Source: Acidimicrobiia bacterium (GTDB lineage: Bacteria > Actinomycetota > Acidimicrobiia > IMCC26256 > PALSA-610). From it: a DNA stretch of 64,000 nt. Under the pieces are notes generated by a model. The model saw only the letters and a list, made by a program, of their open reading frames with translations, was not told the DNA's origin and ran no database searches. This document shows, one piece after another, positions 1-10,477 of this stretch. Each line of letters starts with the position of its first letter. The stretch's first letter is position 1. A program made the translations under genes and the position numbers. The stretch lies in assembly GCA_038320885.1 (NCBI GenBank), contig JBBQER010000004.1:177-64176 (forward strand), in the 5' to 3' direction.

Positions 1-28
1 GCGGCCGGCGAAACGGGAACCTGATTCG

Positions 29-1627
29 ATGGAGCCGCAGCAGATCCTTTCAATGCTCCGTCGCCGGGGCTGGTTGATCCTCTGTTGGACCCTTGCACTC
101 GGGGCAATTGTCGGCGTCGTAAGCGACGCCATCCAAACGCCGGTGTACGAATCGGGCGCGCAGGTTCTCCTGCGACCGAACGACCCGACTCAGTCACTCA
201 GCCCACCCGCGGCCAATCAGACCGATCCGACGAGGTACGCCGGGGCGCAGGTTGCCATCATCCGTAGTCTCGCTGTCGCACGCGGAGCATCGGCTGGGAT
301 CCGAGGTCATCCCTCGCCGGCGGCGCTGTTGGGTCACGTACGCGTCGTCACCAGCTCCACCAGCAGCATCTTGACGATCGTCGGTTCGGCTGAGCAACCC
401 GCGCAGGCTCAGGCGATCGCGAACGCTTTCGCGAATGCCTACGTCGCGAACCGGCGCGGTCGCGCGCTTTCCAACCTGCGATCCGCGATCGACGACATCA
501 CTCATCGGTTGGACGTGCTGCAAACCCAGATGACGGCAGCCACGACGAAGGCAGAGCGTGACGCCGCCGCGCAGCAGTACCAATCTCTCTTCTCCAAACG
601 AGAGGAGCTCAACGTCAATGTCGAGTTGACGCGCGGCGATGCCGAGCTCGTGGGCGAAGCCGGTCTTCCCTCCGCGCCCGTTTCGCCGAAGCCGAAGCGA
701 GACGCGGCACTGGGCGCCACCGCAGGCCTCCTCATCGGACTCGGCATCGAGCTGCTGAGACTCAAGTTCGGTGACAAGGTCCGCACGGCCGAAGAGCTCG
801 AGCAGATCACAACCCACCAGGTCCTCGCCGAGTTACCCGAGGACAGCACCGTCTCCTCGGCCGCTACCCCTGACCTCAAGAGGGCGAGTGCGTTCTCCGA
901 GGCATTGCGAACGCTGCGAACCAGCCTGCAGTTCCTCGGCATGGAACATCCCGTTCGTCGAATCGTCGTGTCGAGCGCAAGTCCCGGTGAAGGCAAAACC
1001 ACCGTCGCGGCGCATCTTGCCGTCGCCTACGCCGCCGCCGGTCTCGTGACGGTGCTGGTCTCGGGCGACTTGCGTCGACCCCAGGTCGAGAACCTGTTCG
1101 GCGCGCCGCGTACCGCGTTGGGATTGAGCACGCTCCTCGCGACGACTGATCTGTATGCGTCCTCAGCCCCGAACGGCGAGGGCGAGCTCCTCGAAGATAT
1201 GCGCGCGGCGCGCAGGCTCAGGCTGGCCGAGTTCCTACGCGCCCAGACCGTCAACACGGCGATCAACAATCTCACCGTGCTTCCCGGCGGCCCGCCGCCA
1301 CCGAATCCCGCCGAGCTGTTGGGGTCCTCCCGGATGTTCGAGATCCTCGACCTGCTGGAGGCACAGGCGGACATCGTCATCATCGATACTCCGCCCGCGC
1401 TCGTCGTCACCGATGCAGTCGTACTCGCTCGCATCGCGGACGGCGTGCTGATCGTCGCCGCGGCGGCTCAGACGAGACGCCGCGATCTCAAGCGGCTCGT
1501 CGGCTTGTATGACTCTCTTGATGTGCCTGTTCTCGGCACCGTACTCAACCGGGCCCGCTCCGGGCGCCGGTCGGCCTCGTACTATGAGTACTACGCGGCA
1601 CCGAAGCGACGCGCTGTGCGGCGCTAG
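29..1627 (+). CDS. Polysaccharide co-polymerase / tyrosine autokinase (Wzz-CpsD/Wzc-like BY-kinase)
   Basis: N-terminal TM and Wzz-like domain with PVSPKP motif; Walker A SPGEGKTT, A' DLRRP, B IIDTPP; C-terminal Tyr cluster SYYEYY. Confidence 0.92.
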   Translation: MEPQQILSMLRRRGWLILCWTLALGAIVGVVSDAIQTPVYESGAQVLLRPNDPTQSLSPPAANQTDPTRYAGAQVAIIRSLAVARGASAGIRGHPSPAALLGHVRVVTSSTSSILTIVGSAEQPAQAQAIANAFANAYVANRRGRALSNLRSAIDDITHRLDVLQTQMTAATTKAERDAAAQQYQSLFSKREELNVNVELTRGDAELVGEAGLPSAPVSPKPKRDAALGATAGLLIGLGIELLRLKFGDKVRTAEELEQITTHQVLAELPEDSTVSSAATPDLKRASAFSEALRTLRTSLQFLGMEHPVRRIVVSSASPGEGKTTVAAHLAVAYAAAGLVTVLVSGDLRRPQVENLFGAPRTALGLSTLLATTDLYASSAPNGEGELLEDMRAARRLRLAEFLRAQTVNTAINNLTVLPGGPPPPNPAELLGSSRMFEILDLLEAQADIVIIDTPPALVVTDAVVLARIADGVLIVAAAAQTRRRDLKRLVGLYDSLDVPVLGTVLNRARSGRRSASYYEYYAAPKRRAVRR

Positions 1628-4600
1628 CCGCCCGCGACGTGCTCGTACGCTTCGATCTCTTCGATCACGGTCGGGCCGCACCACGGTTGCTGCAAGGCTT
1701 GCGAACCCGCCGTTGACCAAAAGTAGGGCTTGGTACCGTTCGCCATGCCGCCGTAGTTCACGGCCGTCGCAGTCACTCGCAACGCCACTGCGACGACAGG
1801 AGCGAATGAGCTCTGGCGCCGCCGTGCGGTGAACTGGCCAACCACGCGATCAACTGCCCGCCAACTCCCATCGCGCAGTTTGATCGCTACCGAGTAGTCG
1901 CGCATGCCCGGCACGATGCTTGCGATGCTGTGACTCGTCGTGATGATCCGGTCCAGCACCTTCGGCCCGGCGAGGTCGACCGTGAGCGTCGGCGACGGGT
2001 CGCCACATGCCGATGCCCAGGCAGGTACCCCGGGGAGATCGCCCGCTGAGTTGGCGTCGCTGATGCCGTCGATGGCGGCACCGGGCCGGTTCGTTGCCAG
2101 CGCGGATGAAGCTTGGGCAACTGCACCCTGACTGGCAAGGGCGACGTCGGTTCCGAACTCCTCGATCGGCCCGATGACGAGGTTCGCGGCGGTCCCGGCT
2201 CGGACGTAGTGCGGCGCCGGTCCCACGCGTAGCGGATACGGCGCGCCCGGACTGATAGCGACCGATTGGGATGCGCCGTACTCGTTGGTCACAACGACCG
2301 CGGCCGGCGTGGTACCGACGTTCGAAACGAGGACGGTCGTCGGCAAGTCGTCGCTCCACACCGCGGTCATGACATCGGGTGCAGATCCTGCTCGCGGTCC
2401 GAACGCGGCTGCATACACGTGCGGCCGGCCGATGTGATCCTGACCGCGGTACGAACGGCCTTCGAGCTGCGCGGCGGCAGTCATTGCCGCCAGCGCGGCG
2501 GGCTTGACGAAGTCATCGGGCTGCGAAGCGGACTGGATGAGGCTGTAGCTGAGTCCGTAGTCGCCGTAGCCACCCTCGATGGTGAAGTAGTTCCATGGGC
2601 CGAGTCCGAGGATCTTCGTCCAGATCATCGCTCGTGCGGCGGAGTCGCCCTGGGTGTAGATGTTCGCGGGCCCATCCGACCACCAGGCTGATTCGGTGTC
2701 CCACAGCGGAATATACGAGTGCCCGGATTCGGCGAGAACTGATTGGAGCAACGCGATTGCGCGTTGCGTACCTTCCTCCTCCCAGGAGCGGTTGTGGCCG
2801 GTATACGGATGAATTCCGGCGACGTCCAACAACGCGAGCCCTCCGGCGGAGACAATGCCGCGCCAGTAGTTGAGGTCGACGCCGAGGGTGGAACCGCCGA
2901 TCACTCGGTTGCGCGGGTCGCTCCGTCGCACGGCGCGCGCGAACGGTGCGAGCACCTGGCTGACGTAGCTGGAAGCGGATCCGAAATTGTTGTTGGGTTC
3001 GTTCCATGCCTCCCACAGGGTGACGACACCTCGGTAGTGGGCAGCGAGCTCGACGATGCGGCGCTCCCAGGTGCCGTTCGCAACGAGAGCTCGGGCGATC
3101 GGGTCGGAGCTCCCGACCAAGACCCACCAAGTGACGCCTCGCCGCGCCGCTTCCGACGCCGCGGCCGAGAACGAGGCGTCGGTCGCCGACCAGTTGAACG
3201 GGCCATTGATATCGGGCAGTAGGCGTGCCCACGGGATCACCGCGCGCATTCCATTGGTGCCGAGCTCGTCGGCAAGCGCGACACCGCGCGCCGCGGAGGG
3301 ACCTCCGTAGTCGGCGCGGCCGGGAAGCGATGCGAGGTCGAGCCGGGCACCCGGCGCGCCAACGGAGTAACGCAGGCAGGTCGCGCCGACAACCGCGCCC
3401 GACTGATCGACGAGACGTACGTCGACTTCGTAGGGCCCCGGGACCGCGGCAGGGAGGCGAATCGGGATGTCTGCCAGTGCGGTGGGACTCATCGGCATCA
3501 TGACCGAGGTCGACGAGGGCCAGATGTTTGCGTTCGCGAGAGATCTCGAGCGCACTCTTGTGACGAGTCGCAAACCTGGTGCGACGCTCGACCACCACGG
3601 GTCGAAGGTGGCGTGCAATGACGGTGTCACGCCGGCGGGGAAGTACTGACCGATCCGGTTGGTCACGAGTCCGGCTCCGAAGCCCAAGATCTGTGAGGCG
3701 GGCCGCGGCGCCGCGGCGACAACCGCGACATCGGACAACGAGATCGACGAAAGGTTCTGGTGCGCGCCAAACGGGCCACCGGCGGCGAAGTAGAGCGTGT
3801 CGCCGAGGATCGCCAACGGCGACTGCTGTGTGAGCAGGCCCAGCGTCTGATCGGGAGCCACGCCGTCCCAAAAGCCCTGGTGCGTGACCGCCTCGAGTCC
3901 GCGGCCGCTGTCGGCGACCCAGTAGCGACCATCCGGCGCAAGCACTGCTCCGCCCTGCAGGTAGAAATGAAGCGCTCCACCGGTGGGCTGGGAGTCGTTT
4001 TGTTGGTGTCCGTCGCCGAAGACAGCCCGCTGATTACCCGCCGAGTCGTAGCGCCGAACATACCGACCGTCGGTCGCCAGAAGTCCGCCATCAGGGGTCG
4101 GGCTGAACAACGAACCCGTCACGTTCGCGAACCCAGCACTCCCTCCGGTCGGGTCGAGGAGGACTGACCGGCCGCCACCCCGCGGGACGACACCGACACG
4201 CCAGCCCATCGCGCTCCGAAGCGCGAAGACGCCGTCGATTTGCCCGGAGATTTGGGTGCCGATGACGTGAGGGCGTGACCACTCGAGGTGGCCCGTTCGG
4301 CTGAACTTGACCAGACCATTGGGGTACGCGGCGACGTAGACGTTCCCGAGCGGATCGACCGCGACGGACGGCACCGTCACTCGGAAGCCCACTCGAAACG
4401 AGCCGAGCACCTGGCCGCTCGCCGCGTAGTGGCTGACAACTCCCGCGCCCTCGTCGATCGCAACGAGCCCGCCGCCCCACGCGACGAGCGACGACACCCG
4501 CACGTCGGTGGCGAGCACGTGAACTGGAGCGACCGGCGCCGCTTGCGTCGGGAGACCGATTTCTCGAAGCGATCGCTGGCCGCATGCGAGCGCCGGGGTG

Positions 4601-4749
4601 ATCGAGGTCGTCGCCGGCACGGCCGCGCCCGCGGGAGAGCCGGTACGCGAGCGTTCGAGGCCGGCCGCGGCCGGGACACACAGGGCGACGACGATGCAGA
4701 GGACCGGAAAGCGAAGCCGGCTCCGGCTCGCGCGGAGAGTGGCAATCAT
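1624..4749 (-). CDS. Secreted multidomain clan GH-A glycoside hydrolase (beta-propeller + GH39/GH5-like barrel + discoidin/F5-8-like module)
   Basis: Signal-peptide-like N-terminus; WEAWNEPN acid/base motif, GIHPY, WDTES nucleophile; C-terminal AQASS..AAIDG..WAS..LTVDL..IEEIEAY discoidin pattern. Confidence 0.75.
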   Translation of the reverse strand: MIATLRASRSRLRFPVLCIVVALCVPAAAGLERSRTGSPAGAAVPATTSITPALACGQRSLREIGLPTQAAPVAPVHVLATDVRVSSLVAWGGGLVAIDEGAGVVSHYAASGQVLGSFRVGFRVTVPSVAVDPLGNVYVAAYPNGLVKFSRTGHLEWSRPHVIGTQISGQIDGVFALRSAMGWRVGVVPRGGGRSVLLDPTGGSAGFANVTGSLFSPTPDGGLLATDGRYVRRYDSAGNQRAVFGDGHQQNDSQPTGGALHFYLQGGAVLAPDGRYWVADSGRGLEAVTHQGFWDGVAPDQTLGLLTQQSPLAILGDTLYFAAGGPFGAHQNLSSISLSDVAVVAAAPRPASQILGFGAGLVTNRIGQYFPAGVTPSLHATFDPWWSSVAPGLRLVTRVRSRSLANANIWPSSTSVMMPMSPTALADIPIRLPAAVPGPYEVDVRLVDQSGAVVGATCLRYSVGAPGARLDLASLPGRADYGGPSAARGVALADELGTNGMRAVIPWARLLPDINGPFNWSATDASFSAAASEAARRGVTWWVLVGSSDPIARALVANGTWERRIVELAAHYRGVVTLWEAWNEPNNNFGSASSYVSQVLAPFARAVRRSDPRNRVIGGSTLGVDLNYWRGIVSAGGLALLDVAGIHPYTGHNRSWEEEGTQRAIALLQSVLAESGHSYIPLWDTESAWWSDGPANIYTQGDSAARAMIWTKILGLGPWNYFTIEGGYGDYGLSYSLIQSASQPDDFVKPAALAAMTAAAQLEGRSYRGQDHIGRPHVYAAAFGPRAGSAPDVMTAVWSDDLPTTVLVSNVGTTPAAVVVTNEYGASQSVAISPGAPYPLRVGPAPHYVRAGTAANLVIGPIEEFGTDVALASQGAVAQASSALATNRPGAAIDGISDANSAGDLPGVPAWASACGDPSPTLTVDLAGPKVLDRIITTSHSIASIVPGMRDYSVAIKLRDGSWRAVDRVVGQFTARRRQSSFAPVVAVALRVTATAVNYGGMANGTKPYFWSTAGSQALQQPWCGPTVIEEIEAYEHVAGG

Positions 4750-4910
4750 TGACCGTCATATCGACACGGAGCGTGGCGAACACAAGCCGCCATGGCCCGA
4801 TATGGGCGTCTGTTGCGTTGCGTTCGGCGGCTTCGCCGAGGTCAATCCATGCTCGTACACTTCGCCGACCGGCGTCTACCACCCATCACACGTTCTTTCA
4901 GGAATCGCCC

Positions 4911-6122
4911 GTGGACCTCCTGCCCTTCTACCTGGTGGTCGCGGCGATCGCCTTCTTGGGCGTTGCGCTCGCCCTCGTCGATCCGATTCTCGTTCTCTGG
5001 CTGGCGGTACCGGGCGTGTTGGTCTTCCAGCGTGTCGGTGGCTCCGGCCTGAATCTGAGCGGCTCCGACTTCCTGACCACCGCCGCGGCGGCGCTCGCGT
5101 TGCCACTTCTGCGGTCCGACATGCGTGCGACCCGGCGCCTGCTATGGATCGCAATCGCTTTCGAGGCCCTGCTCTTCCTCGCTGTCGTCGTCCACCCGAA
5201 CGCGAAGGGCATCCTCGAGTGGTTGCATCGACTAGTGCTCGTCGGCGGGGCGATCGCCGTCGGCGGAGTCATCGGGAGATCCCGAAGGGCGACCGGGCCG
5301 GTACTGATGTTTCTCGCGGCGACGGCGGTGCTGGGCGTGATCGCCACCGGGTGGACGGTGGCGCACGGGCTCGAGCCGGCGAGCCCGTTCGGTATGGCGA
5401 AGAACTTCGTCGGCTCGATGATGGCGTCCGCGCTGATCATCGCTGTTCTCCGGCCGAGCTGGCTGCAGATTTCGCGCGGCTGGTTGGCCGTGATCGGGCT
5501 GCTGTGTTCGGTTGGACTCATCGCTTCGCAATCGCGGGGAGCGATGCTCGCCCTCGCGGTCGCCCTGGTGGTGGCGAGCACGCGGGAAGGTCGCATCGGG
5601 CGTCGCGGAGCGTTTGCGCTCATCGCGGTGACCCCCCTCGTCGCGTACACGGTGGTCTCGCTCCTGCACGAGAGCGATCAACTGCAGGAGAACAGCTTGA
5701 CGTATCGCGCCGGCTACAGCGCGCTCGCGTTCCGCGAGTGGCATTTGTCGCCGGTATTCGGTCAAGGACTGCGCTTCTTCAACGAGCCGGGAGCACTTCT
5801 CCAGTCCGACGCCCACAATGTGGTCGCGACGACGCTGGCCGAGAGCGGCGTCGTGGGCCTCATTGCGCTCGCGGTGCTCATCGGTTCGGCACTCTTCGCA
5901 CTCTGGCGCCTCCCGCCCGAGATCGGGGCTATTGCCGTCGCGTTCGTCGCCGCGCGCTTCGTGCACGGCCTGTTCGACATCTATTGGGTCGCCGCCACGA
6001 CGACGTTGCCGTGGCTCATCGTCGGTATGGCGTGCGGAACCGCGGACGCCGATGCCGCCGAACACGTGCCGGGCGCGGCGCCGCCCCCTCAGATGTCGAG
6101 AGCCGGATCCGACCGGCGTTGA
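4911..6122 (+). CDS. O-antigen ligase/Wzy polymerase family membrane protein
   Basis: Many TM segments; SQSRGA, PVFGQG and DAHN motifs typical of Wzy_C; GTG start after AGGA, chosen inside ORF 4749..6122. Confidence 0.85.
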   Translation: MDLLPFYLVVAAIAFLGVALALVDPILVLWLAVPGVLVFQRVGGSGLNLSGSDFLTTAAAALALPLLRSDMRATRRLLWIAIAFEALLFLAVVVHPNAKGILEWLHRLVLVGGAIAVGGVIGRSRRATGPVLMFLAATAVLGVIATGWTVAHGLEPASPFGMAKNFVGSMMASALIIAVLRPSWLQISRGWLAVIGLLCSVGLIASQSRGAMLALAVALVVASTREGRIGRRGAFALIAVTPLVAYTVVSLLHESDQLQENSLTYRAGYSALAFREWHLSPVFGQGLRFFNEPGALLQSDAHNVVATTLAESGVVGLIALAVLIGSALFALWRLPPEIGAIAVAFVAARFVHGLFDIYWVAATTTLPWLIVGMACGTADADAAEHVPGAAPPPQMSRAGSDRR

Positions 6123-7267
6123 TGCGACTCGGCCTCGTCTTCTCGGGTTGTCATCGTCGGGGTGGCGTCGAGCGCGTCATCTGGGAGGCGGCGAACCACC
6201 TCGCGACTCACCACGATGTCGTCGTCGTCACCGCTGAGGCCGATCCTCTTCCTGCGAACGTGACCGTCGAGATCGTCGAGGCGCGCCGCGGAGGGTCGAT
6301 GGAACCCTTCCGCTTCCGCGCCGCCGCGTCGAAGGCTTTGGCCCGCCACCGGGTCGACCTGACCGTCAGCTTCGGTTCCAACTGCCCTCCCGGCGACGTG
6401 CTCGTCGCACAAAGCGTGCATCGGTCGTGGGTCGATCACGGCACCCCCGTACACATCGGCCCCGTATCGGTGCCCGGCGCCGTCCGGCGCCTGATGCCCA
6501 GGCACCTCGCGATGCTGCGGAGCGAGTCGCAATGGTTCCGTCGCTCGAGCGGCGCAACGATCGTCGCCGTCTCCGACGGCGTCGCGCGCGACGTACAGAG
6601 CTCTTACGGCGTCGCGCCGTCGGCCATCCGCGTGATACCCAACGGATTCGCTCCGGCGCAGTGCTCCCCGGAGCGGCGCCGAACACTGCGCCCCGCGCAG
6701 CGCGAACGCCTCGGCCTCCCTTCCGACGACATCGTCCTCCTGCTGATCGCCAACGAGTGGCACCGGAAAGGTCTCGGCGTTCTGCTGCGCGCCATCGCCC
6801 GTATCGCCGATCCGCGATTACGGCTCCTCCTGGTCGGCCGGCGCGCCCCAACCGCGTATCAACGCCTGATCAATCAGCTCGGATTGCGCGATCGAGTTCA
6901 GTGGTGTGGCGCGACCGACGATGTCGCGATGTACCACGCGGCCGCAGACCTGTTCGTGATGCCCACCGCGTACGAAGCGTTCGGGTCGGTGATCGTCGAG
7001 TCGTTGGGCAGCGGCCTCCCGGTGATCACCACGGCGATCGCCGGCGCCGCGGTGGCAGTACAGGAAGATCGCAACGGTCTGCTCCAGCGTGATCCGACCG
7101 ACGATGTGGAACTCGGCCGGTTGCTCACGCGCGCGTTGCTCCCCGGGGTGCTCGACCGTTGGTCGGCGGCAGCGGCGCAGTCCGTCGTCGACTACACCTG
7201 GCCGCGCGTCATGGACCGCTTCGAAGGCGTGTTGCTCGAACGTGCCGGTCAGCGCGACCGAGCTTGA
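6122..7267 (+). CDS. Glycosyltransferase family 4 (GT-B)
   Basis: GGVER, VIPNG, RKG and EAFGSVIVE (EX7E) motifs; TGATG coupling with the upstream gene. Confidence 0.9.
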   Translation: MRLGLVFSGCHRRGGVERVIWEAANHLATHHDVVVVTAEADPLPANVTVEIVEARRGGSMEPFRFRAAASKALARHRVDLTVSFGSNCPPGDVLVAQSVHRSWVDHGTPVHIGPVSVPGAVRRLMPRHLAMLRSESQWFRRSSGATIVAVSDGVARDVQSSYGVAPSAIRVIPNGFAPAQCSPERRRTLRPAQRERLGLPSDDIVLLLIANEWHRKGLGVLLRAIARIADPRLRLLLVGRRAPTAYQRLINQLGLRDRVQWCGATDDVAMYHAAADLFVMPTAYEAFGSVIVESLGSGLPVITTAIAGAAVAVQEDRNGLLQRDPTDDVELGRLLTRALLPGVLDRWSAAAAQSVVDYTWPRVMDRFEGVLLERAGQRDRA

Positions 7268-8355
7268 ACGGCGCGGCGATACACGGCAGCGGTCAGCGCC
7301 GCGATCTCCGACCACACGGGAAGCCCACGGCTCGGCACCGATTCAGAAGGACCTTCGACAAGCGCGACAATCGCGTGTTCCCACGCGTTCTCGTCGGCGA
7401 CGTCGAGGTGAAGCGCGGAGCCACCGCTCACCTCCACGAGGGCATCATCGCGGCTCGTAATCAGATTCGCGCCGAACTGCCGAGCCTCGACCGCGGGCAG
7501 GCCGTATCCCTCCTCGAGCGACGGTATGAGCACGACGGTGGCGTGCTCGTAACACCAGCGGAGGGCGCCGTCACTGATGCTTCCCACCCGCGCCACCGCC
7601 CCGTTTCGTTCCAGCTCGTCGATGCGGGTGGTCATCGCCGCGCTGCGACTCCGGTCAGGGCCGACGATCGCGAGAAGGAGATTCGTGCGGCGATATACCG
7701 CGGGCCAAATACGCAGGAGCAGGCCGACGTTCTTGCGAGCCGATAGATCACCGACGCAAAGTGCAAACCGACGATCGGCGAGCGTGGGAACAACGTCGGG
7801 TGTGCCTCCGGTCAGGACTGTCGACGGTGCGGCCGGGATCACCTCTACCTTCGCCTCGTCCACCAATCCGCGTGTAGCCAGCGCGCGACGAACGGATCTG
7901 GTCATCACGATGATCCGATCGGCCTGCGCCATCGACTGCCGGTAGACCGCCGGCAACAACGCGCGTTTCGACCACCGGTAGTCGCCGCCTCTCGTGAACA
8001 CGAAGAGGTCGTACACGGTGAGAACGGTCGGACACGGTACGTCGCGAGGGAGAATGTGCTTGGTGCCGTGCACGACATCGATGCGAGCCCGAGCGAGCCG
8101 ACGCGCGAGGCCGTAGCGCTCCTCGATACTCCGCTGAAGCCCGTGACTCGCTTTCGTGATGATGAGATCTGCGATACCGGGTATGGACTCGCGCAGCCAT
8201 GCCGCGTCCGAGGCGGACGTGACCGGTACGACCGCGAGGTCCTTTCGTTTGACCAGCTCGCGCAGCAAGTCGCTCGTGTACCGGTCGATGCCGCTGTGCC
8301 CGCGCAGGTTGTCCGTCGTGAGAAACCCGACACGAAGCGGCGCGCGGTTGATCAT
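7249..8355 (-). CDS. Glycosyltransferase family 4 (mannosyltransferase-like)
   Basis: SGIDRY, TVYDL, RKN and PSLEEGYGLPAVEA motifs; ATGA coupling with the upstream gene. Confidence 0.88.
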   Translation of the reverse strand: MINRAPLRVGFLTTDNLRGHSGIDRYTSDLLRELVKRKDLAVVPVTSASDAAWLRESIPGIADLIITKASHGLQRSIEERYGLARRLARARIDVVHGTKHILPRDVPCPTVLTVYDLFVFTRGGDYRWSKRALLPAVYRQSMAQADRIIVMTRSVRRALATRGLVDEAKVEVIPAAPSTVLTGGTPDVVPTLADRRFALCVGDLSARKNVGLLLRIWPAVYRRTNLLLAIVGPDRSRSAAMTTRIDELERNGAVARVGSISDGALRWCYEHATVVLIPSLEEGYGLPAVEARQFGANLITSRDDALVEVSGGSALHLDVADENAWEHAIVALVEGPSESVPSRGLPVWSEIAALTAAVYRRAVQARSR

Positions 8356-9458
8356 CGGCCATGACTCTCGAGGACTGCACCGAATGAGCGAACCGCGGCC
8401 GTCCATGTCCACAGGTCGGCGGGTGGAGGGACCCGACCGGCATCGTGCAGCGCCTCCGAGAGAGCGCGCGCGAAGTTACGCGGCGTCGCGACACGTATCG
8501 GCGGGCCCAACTCCCGGAATCCCGCAATCGGCGTGACGACCGTGGGTTTGCCCACCGCCAAGCACTCGCGTGCCTTGATCGGATCGAGGCTGTCCGTGAA
8601 CGGGGACACGACATGCGGAATCATGATCGCATCGGCGTGTTGCAGATACGCAGGAACTATCTCGTACGGACGCGGCCCGAGCAGTTGCACATTCGCACGA
8701 TGCGACAGCTCACGCCGAGACTCCGGACGCAACGAGTCCGGTCCCACGAACACGAAACGAACGCCGGCCATCTCGTCGGCCAAGGCGCACGCCAGGCCGA
8801 CGTCGAGCCGCTCGTCGTGGAGGGTCCCGACATATACGGCGACCGGGCCTTCGCCGAGATCTGCGGGCCTCACCTGCGGCTTCGTGAAATGGCCCAGGTC
8901 GACGCCGTTGGGGATCACCGTTACCTCCCGCCGCGTGCCCCGCGAGGCCGCCAACGCCGGCGAACACACCACGACGGCATCGGCGCCGCGCATCAAGAGG
9001 TCGTCGTCGAGCTCGGCGCGCCTCCGCTTCGCGGACGGCAGTTCGGCGAGCAGCCAGTCGTCGGTGATGTCGTACACGATCGGCCATCCGGTGCCGAGGG
9101 CGAATCGTGCGAGCGAATGGTCGTTCACCCAGAGCATGGGCGTGTCGAATCCGAGATCGCGCGCCGCGCTGCGAACGGCTCGGCCGGAGAGGGGCGCGAC
9201 CAAGGGCGAGAGTCGATCCGGCACCCATTCCACCGGGCGCAACACGGAAACGTGTCGCACACCGGCAGCACTTCGCATCGTCGGCCGCGGCGGCCGGCGT
9301 CGCCGGACATTGCGGAGCGCGGCAAGCGGGGGTTCGACGTACAACACGCGCAGCTCGCTGTGCTCGGCAACCAACCCCTCCACGAGGAGCTGGTTGCGCC
9401 GGCGCACGGTGTCCCATGGTTCGAGCGAGAGGACGACGAGCTCGCGCAGAGTCGTCAT
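8352..9458 (-). CDS. GT-B glycosyltransferase (TuaH-like)
   Basis: W..RRRNQLL, VYDITDDW, IPNGVD and DPIKARECLAVGKP motifs; ATGA coupling. Confidence 0.85.
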   Translation of the reverse strand: MTTLRELVVLSLEPWDTVRRRNQLLVEGLVAEHSELRVLYVEPPLAALRNVRRRRPPRPTMRSAAGVRHVSVLRPVEWVPDRLSPLVAPLSGRAVRSAARDLGFDTPMLWVNDHSLARFALGTGWPIVYDITDDWLLAELPSAKRRRAELDDDLLMRGADAVVVCSPALAASRGTRREVTVIPNGVDLGHFTKPQVRPADLGEGPVAVYVGTLHDERLDVGLACALADEMAGVRFVFVGPDSLRPESRRELSHRANVQLLGPRPYEIVPAYLQHADAIMIPHVVSPFTDSLDPIKARECLAVGKPTVVTPIAGFRELGPPIRVATPRNFARALSEALHDAGRVPPPADLWTWTAAVRSFGAVLESHGR

Positions 9459-10477
9459 CGGCGGATCTCGGCGTACACCCGTTCCAGCTGATCGACGTGG
9501 GTCTCCAGAGAGAGGTGCGTACGTTGCCACTCCTGCAGTGTGGCTCCGTACCGTCGCCGTTCCATATCGTCGGCTCCCAAGGTGTCGAGTTTGGTCGCGA
9601 CCGCGCGCTCGTCACCGATAGGGAAGAGCCAACGATCGCCTACCGCCCCGACCGTCTCGAGGTGGGCTCCCCCCCGTGCCGCGATAACGGGAACTCCCGC
9701 GGCCATTGCCTCGACCACGCTCAGCCCGAACGGTTCGGCCGGTGCGGTCGCAAGGAAGATGCCGGCCCGTTTCATCAACGCCGTCACGTCGGGCTGGGCG
9801 CCGACGAGATCGACGGACTCGCCGAGACCGAGGCTCTCCGCGAGGCGGGCGAGCTCCCATGCCTGCGAACCGGTGCCCGCGACAGTAAGCGTCCAACCGG
9901 CGAGGCGAAGCTTCGACCGCGACCACGCCCGGATCGCGACATCGGTGCGCTTCTCGTGCTCGAGCCGTTGCGCGAGAAGGACCATCGGCCCGGGCGCGCC
10001 TTTCTCATCATTGCGCGGGACACCGTTCAGGATGATCGTCGCCGGTTCGTGAATCGATTCGGCGACGAAACGGCTGATCGCGATCTGGCGATCGATGGCG
10101 TGCGCGATGAACCGTGCCCCGAGCCGCCCGGCAGTCGACGCCCCTCGAGGCGCGGCAAAATGCCGGGTTGTTACCAACGCAAATCGGCGCACTGCCCGCG
10201 CGGTTACCGCGGCCGCTTCCGCCGCCGTCATGTGCGCGTGAACCAGCGTGTGGCGACCACACCCCAGCAGCTGGCGCGTCACCGCGCGGGTTGTCGACGC
10301 CGGGACATGAGGGACCGCACCCAACTCCGCGCTCATGCGGGCCGGATCCCCACCGACGACTTGCACATCCCAACCCCGGCGAGCGAGCTCCGGCGCGACG
10401 GTGGCGACGTAGCGTTCGACTCCCGCGAAGTTGTCCGAACTGATGCAGTGGACCACCCGATCCGGTCGAACGCTCAC
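9455..10477 (-). CDS. Glycosyltransferase family 4
   Basis: AGVERY, ILNGV, EKR and EPFGLSVVEAMAAGVPVIA motifs. Confidence 0.9.
   Translation of the reverse strand: MSVRPDRVVHCISSDNFAGVERYVATVAPELARRGWDVQVVGGDPARMSAELGAVPHVPASTTRAVTRQLLGCGRHTLVHAHMTAAEAAAVTARAVRRFALVTTRHFAAPRGASTAGRLGARFIAHAIDRQIAISRFVAESIHEPATIILNGVPRNDEKGAPGPMVLLAQRLEHEKRTDVAIRAWSRSKLRLAGWTLTVAGTGSQAWELARLAESLGLGESVDLVGAQPDVTALMKRAGIFLATAPAEPFGLSVVEAMAAGVPVIAARGGAHLETVGAVGDRWLFPIGDERAVATKLDTLGADDMERRRYGATLQEWQRTHLSLETHVDQLERVYAEIRR

Noticed and set aside
4598-7267. Apparent 889-aa fusion ending in a GT4 (likewise 23422..25389 and 25809..27761)
   Set aside because: The N-terminal extensions overlap other genes in another frame; internal starts with coupling or an RBS explain them.
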